Virus record (IMG/VR): IMGVR_UViG_3300035696_002405
DNA from: an uncultured virus (IMG/VR IMGVR_UViG_3300035696_002405)
Taxonomy: Duplodnaviria; Heunggongvirae; Uroviricota; Caudoviricetes
Reading direction: 5' to 3' (one strand)
DNA length: 64,000 nt
Part shown: positions 19,230 to 27,413 of the stretch, in pieces
Numbering within the stretch: position 1 is the stretch's first letter
Layout: each line of letters opens with the position of its first letter
Translations under genes and position numbers: made by a program
Notes under the pieces: model-generated
The model's database searches: none
What the model was told of the DNA's origin: nothing
Seen by the model: only the letters and a program-made list of their open reading frames with translations

Positions 19230-19618
19230 GTCGTCTCCGACGCGCCCGGGCGCGAGATGATGAACCAGTAACCGTTGTCGACCAGGGTCGCGGTCGAAGC
19301 ATTCCAGGTACGCACGACAACGACCGTCGCGCCTGACCCTGTCGGAGGCGGCGGGACCTCCACGGCTTGCGCATCGACCGTAACCGGGAATGGCGCAACA
19401 CCTTGAGGCGTCTGGGGCGTGATGGAGATTCGGATGTCCTCGAGCGCCACGCTGCCGCCGCCCGGAAGGCCCGTGTCGAGGGCGATCTGCGTCACGCCCG
19501 CTGCCGTGCGGTTCACGAACGAGACGCCTTCGACAATGGCGCCCGTGACCGGTCCTGGACCTGTTGGCGCCGGCACGAAGCCGTGAGCGATGATCTGGAG
19601 TGGGGTTGCGTCGTACAT
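19226..19618 (-). CDS. Small beta-rich protein, paralog of 53089..53643
   Basis: Both begin MYDAT and share GVS..LDxGL. Confidence 0.7.
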   Translation of the reverse strand: MYDATPLQIIAHGFVPAPTGPGPVTGAIVEGVSFVNRTAAGVTQIALDTGLPGGGSVALEDIRISITPQTPQGVAPFPVTVDAQAVEVPPPPTGSGATVVVVRTWNASTATLVDNGYWFIISRPGASETT

Positions 19619-19619
19619 T

Positions 19620-20075
19620 TCAACCTCTCAACTGGTCGTAGGTGACGGCCTCGGGCATCCCGAGGATCGCGGACGGATCTTCGATCGTGTCGTGGATGCG
19701 GACCTGGATGTGGTAGACGGTCATCATCGGCTCGACGCCGCGCGGGTCGGGGTGGTAGCTCACCTTGATGTGCGGGTAGACGTCGTCCCATCCCTGATGG
19801 CGTAGCTCAGCAATACGCCAACAAGCAAAATCCTTGCAATCTCCGCTACCTAGCTCCATCGTCTGTGGGATGTCCTGCCACGAGTCCAGACCGGCCGGTC
19901 GGACTTTGAGCACGTACTGCGGCGCGACCTGGTAGATCGACGGCAGGTCGGGGTTCTCGAAGATGAAGTTCCAGTCCGCGACGACCAGGAACTCGAGCGC
20001 CGCGCGCAGCACGATCTGTTTGCGCTGGACGGGCAGTGTCTGGAACGACCGAAGCTCGAACTTGGGCGTATACAA
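19620..20075 (-). CDS. Transglutaminase-like cysteine protease/transferase
   Basis: GSGDCKDFA (catalytic Cys context), YHIQV (His) and IEDPS (Asp) in the order expected for the transglutaminase-like superfamily. Confidence 0.75.
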   Translation of the reverse strand: MYTPKFELRSFQTLPVQRKQIVLRAALEFLVVADWNFIFENPDLPSIYQVAPQYVLKVRPAGLDSWQDIPQTMELGSGDCKDFACWRIAELRHQGWDDVYPHIKVSYHPDPRGVEPMMTVYHIQVRIHDTIEDPSAILGMPEAVTYDQLRG

Positions 20076-20356
20076 ATCGTCTCTCCTCGGCGCACGCGAC
20101 TCAGGGCCTTAACCGATTGCGCCCGTCCCCTCGCGACTCGTTTTCCCCACGGAGAGTGGCGAGCAGGAGAGGACGGGCGTTCGGGCCAGTCTTCCGGACC
20201 CCTGGCGGGGCTAGGTGCGGCCGGGTCCTTGCGGTGAAAGGCCCGCGCGCCCGATGTGAAGCGCGCGGGAAAGCCCGCCTGGTGGCCGACCGGAAATCTA
20301 TGGGCGCACGGCGCGGCCTCCCTGGATGAGAGACCGCGCCTCTTGCGCCGCCCGGC

Positions 20357-21022
20357 TCACTGCATCGAGGTCCCGATGAGCGCCGCCGAGAACGTCTGCT
20401 GCGCGGCAGTCGTGTTCGAGACGCTGATCGTGATGATGATGCCCGGGGTCGCGGTGTCGAGACCGAGGTTGACGCCGACCGCCAGCTCCGAGAACGCCGC
20501 CGCGGGGATCGGGTTCGCGCTGACCGCTTGCGAATCCTTGCCGACGCGGATGTCGTTGATCGAGAAGTTGTTGGCGAGCGCCGACGGGACGATGAGCCTC
20601 GAGCCGCGGAAGATGAGCTGCGGCTGCGCCTGGAAGATCGCCGTCGAGTTCGCGAGGATCACCGTCGGGCCGAAGCCGATGACGAACTCGCGCACCTGCG
20701 TCGGCGGCGTGTTCACGATGTGGGGGTACCCGCTGTACGGGTAGGGCGTCGAAGCGGCGTAGCCGTAGGGGCCGTAGCCGATCGGGGCCCAGCGCGCGTG
20801 GCGGTGACCCATGGGACCACCACCCGGACGGGGCGGAGGAGCCATCGGGCCGGGGCCAGGCATGGGCATGCCGGCAGGGACCATCCCAGGGGCCGCGCCG
20901 ACGATGGCGGGTCCCGACTGCACGCCGGCGATGTGGGCTCCCCAGCCGACGCGGTCGTAACCGCCCGGGGCTGCTCCGAGGCCGACTCGATCCAGGTTCG
21001 CGAACTGATACATGATGCTCAC
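20357..21022 (-). CDS. Candidate major capsid protein: disordered N-arm plus single jelly-roll-like domain
   Basis: Strong GAAGGAAGGAAG RBS; G/P/Y-rich N-arm containing GVQSGPAIVG; about 115 aa C-domain of alternating beta strands with a short IPAAAFS helix. The capsid role is inference. Confidence 0.55.
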   Translation of the reverse strand: MSIMYQFANLDRVGLGAAPGGYDRVGWGAHIAGVQSGPAIVGAAPGMVPAGMPMPGPGPMAPPPRPGGGPMGHRHARWAPIGYGPYGYAASTPYPYSGYPHIVNTPPTQVREFVIGFGPTVILANSTAIFQAQPQLIFRGSRLIVPSALANNFSINDIRVGKDSQAVSANPIPAAAFSELAVGVNLGLDTATPGIIITISVSNTTAAQQTFSAALIGTSMQ

Positions 21023-21173
21023 CGCTTCCTTCCTTCAAAGGCGCGCGCGACCACGTGGCCTCGTGCGTCCTGAAATCCTGGAAAGCTTCGGCGGCACCTA
21101 TCCGCGTTCTGCTCTCACTCCCTGTTGTCAACCTTTCGAAAACCTTGCTATTGGGACCTTTGGTGGGGTTGTT

Positions 21174-21689
21174 TCACGCTGCCCAGGGATACTGGGCGGG
21201 TTGGTGTTGAGCCTGCGGTTGATACGGCTGGGCAGAGGCGTCAGCCCCTGCGCCGAAGTAGCCGCGGACTCCGGGACCCCCGGGCTCGCCGCGAGCGGCT
21301 TGACCCCAGATCGAGCCCATCCTGCACGCGTAGGCGAGGAGGAACCCGATGCCGACGTTGAGACCGTGCTCGGCGTATTTGCCGAAGTAACCGGTGAAGA
21401 TGGAGACACCCGAGAAGAGCAGACCGAGCACGACGTCGGCCGGCAAACCGGCGACCTCGTAGGCGTTCTTGCCCGGAGGCGCGTGGCGCGCGTTCAAGTA
21501 GCTCATGGCCCCGCCGACACCGACGATCTCGATCGCCGTGAGCGCGTTGCCGAAGAGCCTCTCGCCGCCACCACCGGCCGAGCCGATGCGCGGAAGCGGG
21601 TGAAAGCGTTCCTGCAGCCTGGCGAGCCCCTGGTCTGAGTAGGTGAACGCAGGCTTCGCGATGTGGGTGTCGGTCAAGTCGAACGGCAT
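21174..21689 (-). CDS. Multi-pass membrane protein
   Basis: ATG 21689; three hydrophobic segments; lies downstream of a promoter-like box. Confidence 0.7.
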   Translation of the reverse strand: MPFDLTDTHIAKPAFTYSDQGLARLQERFHPLPRIGSAGGGGERLFGNALTAIEIVGVGGAMSYLNARHAPPGKNAYEVAGLPADVVLGLLFSGVSIFTGYFGKYAEHGLNVGIGFLLAYACRMGSIWGQAARGEPGGPGVRGYFGAGADASAQPYQPQAQHQPAQYPWAA

Positions 21690-21709
21690 CTCGCTACGAT
21701 CCTGGGAAA

Positions 21710-21719
21710 ACTCTACCAC
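21710..21719 (-). promoter_or_regulatory. Extended -10-like box GTGGTAGAGT
   Basis: TTGTGC-16 nt-TAGAGT. The downstream TTTCCCAG is shared with the copy at 6857. Confidence 0.55.
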
Positions 21720-21832
21720 AAGGGCAGGGGAGCACAATAGCGAGTCTGGAAGAGCGCCTGGGGACCTAAATCCGCGTCTTTTCGCCGCTTCTTGACCTGT
21801 TTGTCTCCCAGGATCATCCCCAGGAGACTCGC

Positions 21833-22312
21833 TTAGGCGTCGTCTTCGTAGGCGTCAAACCCTGCAGGGAAGTCGTAGTTATTGTGCCAGTACATCGATG
21901 TGGATTGGATGCCGGTCCTGAAGTCAGGTGAAGTTACCTGGTTTCCAGTGAAGGCACCTGACTGCGCTCCGTAAGGCTCGTAGGGCCGCAGAGAAGAGCC
22001 CCAGCCGTAGAATCGAGCGATGTCCTCCGGCGACATCGCGGACTCGTAGGAGACGGGCTGCCGGGGCGGCTCGTAGGCTCGGAAAGGCGACCCCCATCCG
22101 TAGAACCGCGCGACATCCTCGGGCGACATCGCCGGCGCATACGTGACAGGCGGAGGCAAGACACGGACGCCTCGTCCCGGGGTCCAATCACCCATCGCGC
22201 CAAAGCCGGCAGGCTTGCCACGTCTCGAGACGTACCAAAGCACGAACACGCCGATGCCGAGAGCCCCCAACAGCTCCTTGTTTTGCGAAACGAACCTCGT
22301 CACCTTGTTCAT
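21833..22312 (-). CDS. Membrane-anchored protein with internal duplication
   Basis: TM followed by two copies of AMSPEDxARFYGWGS..YEP. Confidence 0.7.
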   Translation of the reverse strand: MNKVTRFVSQNKELLGALGIGVFVLWYVSRRGKPAGFGAMGDWTPGRGVRVLPPPVTYAPAMSPEDVARFYGWGSPFRAYEPPRQPVSYESAMSPEDIARFYGWGSSLRPYEPYGAQSGAFTGNQVTSPDFRTGIQSTSMYWHNNYDFPAGFDAYEDDA

Positions 22313-22348
22313 GGGTTTGTTCTCCGCTCTGATACGAGCCTTCGCCGA

Positions 22349-23779
22349 TCAGGCTTCTCCGTGCAGCCTGCGCCACTCGTCGAGCGTCGCCGGGAACGGC
22401 GTCTCTGGCTGCTGCACGGCGCCCTGGTCGTCTGACCACTGCGACGTCCACTGCGTCCACGAGTCGGGCCTCTCGTCTGCCTGCGCATACATCTGAGGCT
22501 GTTGCTGCTGCTGCGATTGCTGCTCCTTCTGCGCCGCTTGTCGCTGCACGACTCCCTTGCTCAATGCGTCGTGCGTCACGCGATCAACCACGCCCGTCTG
22601 CGGCAAGCCCGCCTGTCCCTGAAAATCGCGGACGAGATTCGCGGTCGTGTCTCCCATGATCCCGTCCTCGTTCAAGAGCTGCGAACCGAAGTAGGTGTTG
22701 AGCGCCCATTGCACCGCGCGAACACCTTCGTCGGGAGTCCTGCGCACGGGAGCTGCGGGTGCTTTCGTCCGACGAGCCACGGACTGCGGCATCGGGTAGG
22801 GCGTGTACGTGACGGGCTGCTGCACCTGTTGGTACTGCGGCTGCTGATACTGAGGCTGCGCCGGCTGCTGCGCCTGGTACTGCTGCTCCCACGCGGGCAA
22901 GATCCCGGGCGTCCGGTACGGCGTCGCAGGGAAATACCTTCGCCGGGGATGAGGCCGGTAGTACGAAGCTTGCCCGTACGGCTGCTGTCCGTAACGGTAG
23001 TCGCCCTGCGGCGAGAACGTGACTGACGGCAGGAAGGGCAAGGATGGCACGTTGAAACGGAGCTGACCGACGTACTCCGATCCGCTGCCCCCGCGCTTGC
23101 TCCGTCCGAACCAAAAAAGAAGCGCAACGCCGGTGCCGATGAGGAGCGGAACCTGATTTCTCTTCACCCAGGCGAGGAGATCGCCGCCCTTCCTGTGATG
23201 AGATCTCGGCTTCGCGGGGAAACCTCCGGTGATCTTCGGCTTGGCCTCTTCGGCCTCTTTGCCTTCGACCTCTTCGCCCTCGACGTCTTCGTCTTCGTCC
23301 TCGCCTCCGCCCTCGCCCTCGTCGAGATCTTCGATCTCTCGACCAGGCCCGATGTCATTTCGCTTCGCCATCGCCTTCTCCATTCTATCCGCGCGCGTCT
23401 CTCTGTCTTGGGCGGCGTGCGCACGTTCGAGCCCGCGATCGCCTGTCTTCGTCACGAGACCGATCTCGTTGCTGAGCCTCGACCGCGCGAGCTTCGGCTC
23501 ATCCCAAGTCTGGATCCAACCTTCATCGTCCTTCATTCGCTCGAGCGCCCTCTTCGCGAGGTCGCGCATCGACCCGTCTCCCGCTTTGTCGTCTGCGACG
23601 AGTCTCGCTGCGGCTCGACCGGCCTCGTACTTGTAGTGCGCCTCGCGCTTCGGGCTCTCGAGGACTGCTTCGAGCGCGGCCCTCACGCCTGCGGGATCAG
23701 GGTGCTCCTTGCCGCCGACGTCGTGGAGGAAGTCTCCCGCGCCATCGTTGTCGAAAGGTCCTGTGCCCCAAGCTCCCAT
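22349..23779 (-). CDS. DUF4259-like N-domain, TM and C-terminal peptidoglycan-binding domain
   Basis: MGAWGTGPFDNDGAGDF; LLIGTGVALLFWF; VQWALN..EDGIMGDTT..FQ..GLPQTGVVD. Confidence 0.75.
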   Translation of the reverse strand: MGAWGTGPFDNDGAGDFLHDVGGKEHPDPAGVRAALEAVLESPKREAHYKYEAGRAAARLVADDKAGDGSMRDLAKRALERMKDDEGWIQTWDEPKLARSRLSNEIGLVTKTGDRGLERAHAAQDRETRADRMEKAMAKRNDIGPGREIEDLDEGEGGGEDEDEDVEGEEVEGKEAEEAKPKITGGFPAKPRSHHRKGGDLLAWVKRNQVPLLIGTGVALLFWFGRSKRGGSGSEYVGQLRFNVPSLPFLPSVTFSPQGDYRYGQQPYGQASYYRPHPRRRYFPATPYRTPGILPAWEQQYQAQQPAQPQYQQPQYQQVQQPVTYTPYPMPQSVARRTKAPAAPVRRTPDEGVRAVQWALNTYFGSQLLNEDGIMGDTTANLVRDFQGQAGLPQTGVVDRVTHDALSKGVVQRQAAQKEQQSQQQQQPQMYAQADERPDSWTQWTSQWSDDQGAVQQPETPFPATLDEWRRLHGEA

Positions 23780-23790
23780 GTCCTACGATC

Positions 23791-24618
23791 TCACTTGAGC
23801 TGCTGCGCCATGCCCTGCATGAACGACTGGATGTCTTGAACAGAGGCCTTGTCACCGCCTGCCGCTTTCGCCGCCCCGCCTCGCGTCTTCTGCGCCTGCG
23901 CCGGGGGCATGCCGTAGCTCTTCGCGAGATGGTCGAGCATGATGAGGAGGCGCTGCTTCGGATCCGTTGAGGGCCTGCGCACGGCCGTTCTTGCCACGGG
24001 CTTCGTCGTGGTCGTGACCGGCGGTGGTGTGGTGGTCGCGGACGTGGTTGTGGTCGTAGGCGGAGGCGTGGGCGTCGGGACCGTGGTCGTCGTCGTGGCA
24101 GGCGCAGTTGGTTTCGCCTTCGTCGCGCCCTCGATCGCCGGCACGACGGCCTTGCTCACGACGCTCGAGGCGAGGTTCGCGATGGCGCCGCCGATGCCGC
24201 CTTGCTGCGCGCCCTGCATCGTCGATCCGAAGATTCCGCCGATGGCCGAGCCAATGTCTTGGCCGGTGCCGCCGCCGGCGGCGCCGCCGATCGAGCCTCC
24301 GAGTTGGCCGAGGCTGGACCAATCGAAACCACCCCCGCCGCCCCCGCCGCCTCCACCCATGCCTCCACCGCCCCCACCGCTCGAGCCTCCACCGAAGGAG
24401 CTTCCCAGGGAACTCGCTGCGCTGCTGAGCATCGAGCCCCAATCTTGGCCGACGAAGTGAGTTCCCACATACACGCCGCCCGCGAGATGCTCGGCCTCCG
24501 GACGCGGCTCGTCCAAGAAACCCTCGTCCATCATCTCCAGGGTGGGATCCCAGGCCGCTGCCGGGCCGTCGCCCTCGTCGTCGTTCAAAGTCCCGTCGTG
24601 TCCGACCCAGATCGTCAT
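23791..24618 (-). CDS. Gly-rich and Thr/Pro-rich protein
   Basis: Glycine-zipper-like GGSIGGAAGG segments and a poly-T/P linker. Confidence 0.7.
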   Translation of the reverse strand: MTIWVGHDGTLNDDEGDGPAAAWDPTLEMMDEGFLDEPRPEAEHLAGGVYVGTHFVGQDWGSMLSSAASSLGSSFGGGSSGGGGGGMGGGGGGGGGGFDWSSLGQLGGSIGGAAGGGTGQDIGSAIGGIFGSTMQGAQQGGIGGAIANLASSVVSKAVVPAIEGATKAKPTAPATTTTTVPTPTPPPTTTTTSATTTPPPVTTTTKPVARTAVRRPSTDPKQRLLIMLDHLAKSYGMPPAQAQKTRGGAAKAAGGDKASVQDIQSFMQGMAQQLK

Positions 24619-24635
24619 GTTCGTATCTTACCCTT

Positions 24636-24902
24636 TCACCCCTTCTTCTGCGCGGCGTATCTCCTGCGCAGTCCAGGCTGGGGCTGGGACTGAGGACCAG
24701 GGACGGTCACTGGCCTCGGGATGCCCGCGCCGAAAGCCTTGAGCACCGCGTCCGAGGGCACGCCGGTCGGCGTCGTCGGTGCCGCGGGCGTGTGCCCATC
24801 CTTCTCGGGGTGGCCTTTCGGTTTGCCGCACACCATTGGCGTCTCGACGCCGCCGACGACCATCTTTCCGAGCACTGCCCCGCAGATGTTTGTTGTTCCC
24901 AT
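24636..24902 (-). CDS. Hypothetical small protein
   Basis: AAGGAG RBS; 88 aa with C..C..H..H pattern. Confidence 0.6.
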   Translation of the reverse strand: MGTTNICGAVLGKMVVGGVETPMVCGKPKGHPEKDGHTPAAPTTPTGVPSDAVLKAFGAGIPRPVTVPGPQSQPQPGLRRRYAAQKKG

Positions 24903-24918
24903 CTTCCGTTCTCCTTCG

Positions 24919-27393
24919 TCACTGCACGACGAGTCGCATCTTGAAGTATCCGCCGTCTCCAGTGCCGCCGGCGCCGCCGTTGTCTGTCAGGCCTGACCCG
25001 CCAGCGCCGCCGCCGGCGCCCGCACCCGAGTTCAGGCTCGCGTTCCCGCCCGGGCTCCCTGGTGAGCCTGCGGGGTTCGCGTTGCCGCCAGCTCCTGCGG
25101 AGCCGAGCGGGCCCGCGCCACCTCCACCGCCGCCGCCGCCTTCGCCCGCCGCGCTCGTGCCGCCGACTCCTCCCGCGAAGCGGCCCGTCGGCAGCGGTGC
25201 TGGGCCTGATTGAAAATACGATCCTTGGCCAGCCGTTCCGCTCGTGGCCTGAAGACCTCCGAGACCTCCGCCCGCGGGGAACCCCGAACCATAAGGCGCT
25301 GCGACATCAGTCAGCCTCGGGACGAATACGCCGGGGCCATAGTTCGCGCCGCCGTGGCTTGCGCCCGTCGCGCCGGTGCCTCCGCCGGCGCTCGAGCCCG
25401 TGAAGGTGGCTACGATGATCCCTGCGATCGCGTCCTCCGCGAACGCGGGCGAGCCGTCGACGCCGTTGCCACCGGCCCCCGCTGGCGCCGCACCAGCCGC
25501 TCCTCCTGCACCTCCCGCCGGGACCGTGATGTTCAGGGCATGCGAGAGGTTGAAGTCGAAACTCCCCATCTGGTAGATCGCGCCACCCGACCCTCCGCCT
25601 CCGGCTCCAGGGGCCGCCCCGCCGCCCGCGCCGCCACCGCCGCCACCCGTCGAGCCGTAACCCTCGCAATCGATGCGGATGGCACCCGTCGTCGGCAGCA
25701 CACCGCTCGACTGGAAAAGACTGAGAACGTTGGTGAAGGTTCCCGGCGACGAGAAGAGCAGCTCGATCGTGAGAGGCTGCACGGTCGCTGGCGAGGCGCC
25801 GTTCGATTGGATCACGTTCGCCGGCCGGAGACCCGTGATCTTCGCTGACGAGCTGGCGCCGTCGAGGTTGATCTGCCCGACCGAGTTCGTGTTGTTCCAG
25901 TCAAGTGCCGAAAGGTGCACAGCCGGCGTCGGCGCGGCCCAGAGGACGTGGACGTTCGTCGGCGAGAACGCCGAGCCGACGGCCGTGTTCTGCGCGAGCC
26001 AAGTAGTCGACTCCAGCGCCCCGGCCGACGGTGCCGCCTGCACCGTCACAGTGCCACCCAGAAACTCCGTGCCGCCGATCGTGAAGAGGAACTGGATGCC
26101 CTGGGCGAGCGCGCCGCCGTACACCAGGCAGTTGTCGAGCGTCCAGTTGTCGAGGCCGGCCGTGCCTGCGCCGATGAACTGGAAACCGACCCCGCCGCCC
26201 CCGTTGAAGTCGACGTCGAAGAACGTCCCCTGGATCTGTTGGTTCGCGGACGCCGAGTAGTTGAACGTGAGCTGGTTTTCGAAGACGAGGTGGCTGAGCC
26301 AGAAGACGGAGAAACCCGACGTGGCGAACGACGGATCGAATCCGATCGAGTTCGCGGCTGCCGTGATCTCGACCGTCCCTTGGAAGCCCGAGCTATTCGA
26401 GGCGCCCTCGATCGCGACCCACGGCTTGACATTGAACGCTCCCGGATATTCGCCGGGCGCGACGTGAATGACGTAGCGTTTGCTGGTGCTCGCGTCGCTG
26501 ATAGAGGAGAGCGCTTTCTGGATCGTCGCGAACGGCCACGCCTCGGTGCCGTTGCCTGCCGTGTCGCTGCCGTTCTGGTTGACGTAGAGGTCCTGGATGG
26601 CGAAAAATGCCGTGTTGAATCTGTCAGGGAACCCGTCGACCGCGCCGAGAATTTCCGATCCGGCGTTCGTAAAGGCCACGCCGGGGGCGAGGACCGGTCC
26701 CCCCGCGCCCTGGTTCGTATAGCCCACGGTCCCAGCGTCATACGAAAGTTCAAACCGGCCCGGTCCTTGGACCCAGGTGGGCGGGATCACACTGGTTGCC
26801 GTCTCGAAGACGCTGCTTCTCGCAAAGACGATCATGATGGTCCCAGCGGAGAGGCTAAAGAGTGCCGAGGCGGACTGCATGAAGACCTCGGCGAAGTTCT
26901 CCATGAACATGTTGAGCTGCTGGCCCGCAGGAACGACGCACGCGGGCGTGGTCGCCGTCGTCGCGGTGCCGATCGCGGCGTTGTCCTCGACAAAGAGAAT
27001 CGGGATAGCGTTGTCGCCGAAGGCTCCCACCGAGTAGTCGAAGTCGAGCGAAGGGACGGCCCCTGTGGGGTTACACTGGAGGAAGATCGTCCCCGAGAGC
27101 TTGTAGAGGCTCTTGAGCGTCGCGCCTGGATCGATGGTGAGCGTCGAGAAGTTCGCGCCGTCCTGCCTGCGCGGACGGATCTCGACGCGTCCCTGGCAGT
27201 CCGTCACGCCGCTCGAAGCAGGGACGTGGCACGGTGCGATGCTGTCGTCCACATAGACGACGACGGTGCTCTGACGGAGCGCAATGAACGCTTGCACCTC
27301 GGCCCACGTCGTCGCGATGAGGTTATTCCCCGGTGTGCCTCCCGGTTGAAAGATGATCGAGGGAGACTTGGCGAGAATGGTGTCAAAGCTCAT
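24919..27393 (-). CDS. Modular spike/fibre-like protein (shared N-module, beta-helix-like middle, Gly-rich C-domain)
   Basis: True start ATG 27393 (MSFDTILAKSPSII); LYVNQNGSD..PFATIQKAL..VAPGEY; GGGGGG-rich C-terminus. Confidence 0.8.
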   Translation of the reverse strand: MSFDTILAKSPSIIFQPGGTPGNNLIATTWAEVQAFIALRQSTVVVYVDDSIAPCHVPASSGVTDCQGRVEIRPRRQDGANFSTLTIDPGATLKSLYKLSGTIFLQCNPTGAVPSLDFDYSVGAFGDNAIPILFVEDNAAIGTATTATTPACVVPAGQQLNMFMENFAEVFMQSASALFSLSAGTIMIVFARSSVFETATSVIPPTWVQGPGRFELSYDAGTVGYTNQGAGGPVLAPGVAFTNAGSEILGAVDGFPDRFNTAFFAIQDLYVNQNGSDTAGNGTEAWPFATIQKALSSISDASTSKRYVIHVAPGEYPGAFNVKPWVAIEGASNSSGFQGTVEITAAANSIGFDPSFATSGFSVFWLSHLVFENQLTFNYSASANQQIQGTFFDVDFNGGGGVGFQFIGAGTAGLDNWTLDNCLVYGGALAQGIQFLFTIGGTEFLGGTVTVQAAPSAGALESTTWLAQNTAVGSAFSPTNVHVLWAAPTPAVHLSALDWNNTNSVGQINLDGASSSAKITGLRPANVIQSNGASPATVQPLTIELLFSSPGTFTNVLSLFQSSGVLPTTGAIRIDCEGYGSTGGGGGGAGGGAAPGAGGGGSGGAIYQMGSFDFNLSHALNITVPAGGAGGAAGAAPAGAGGNGVDGSPAFAEDAIAGIIVATFTGSSAGGGTGATGASHGGANYGPGVFVPRLTDVAAPYGSGFPAGGGLGGLQATSGTAGQGSYFQSGPAPLPTGRFAGGVGGTSAAGEGGGGGGGGAGPLGSAGAGGNANPAGSPGSPGGNASLNSGAGAGGGAGGSGLTDNGGAGGTGDGGYFKMRLVVQ

Positions 27394-27413
27394 CGTTGTC
27401 CTTCTCCGTACTT

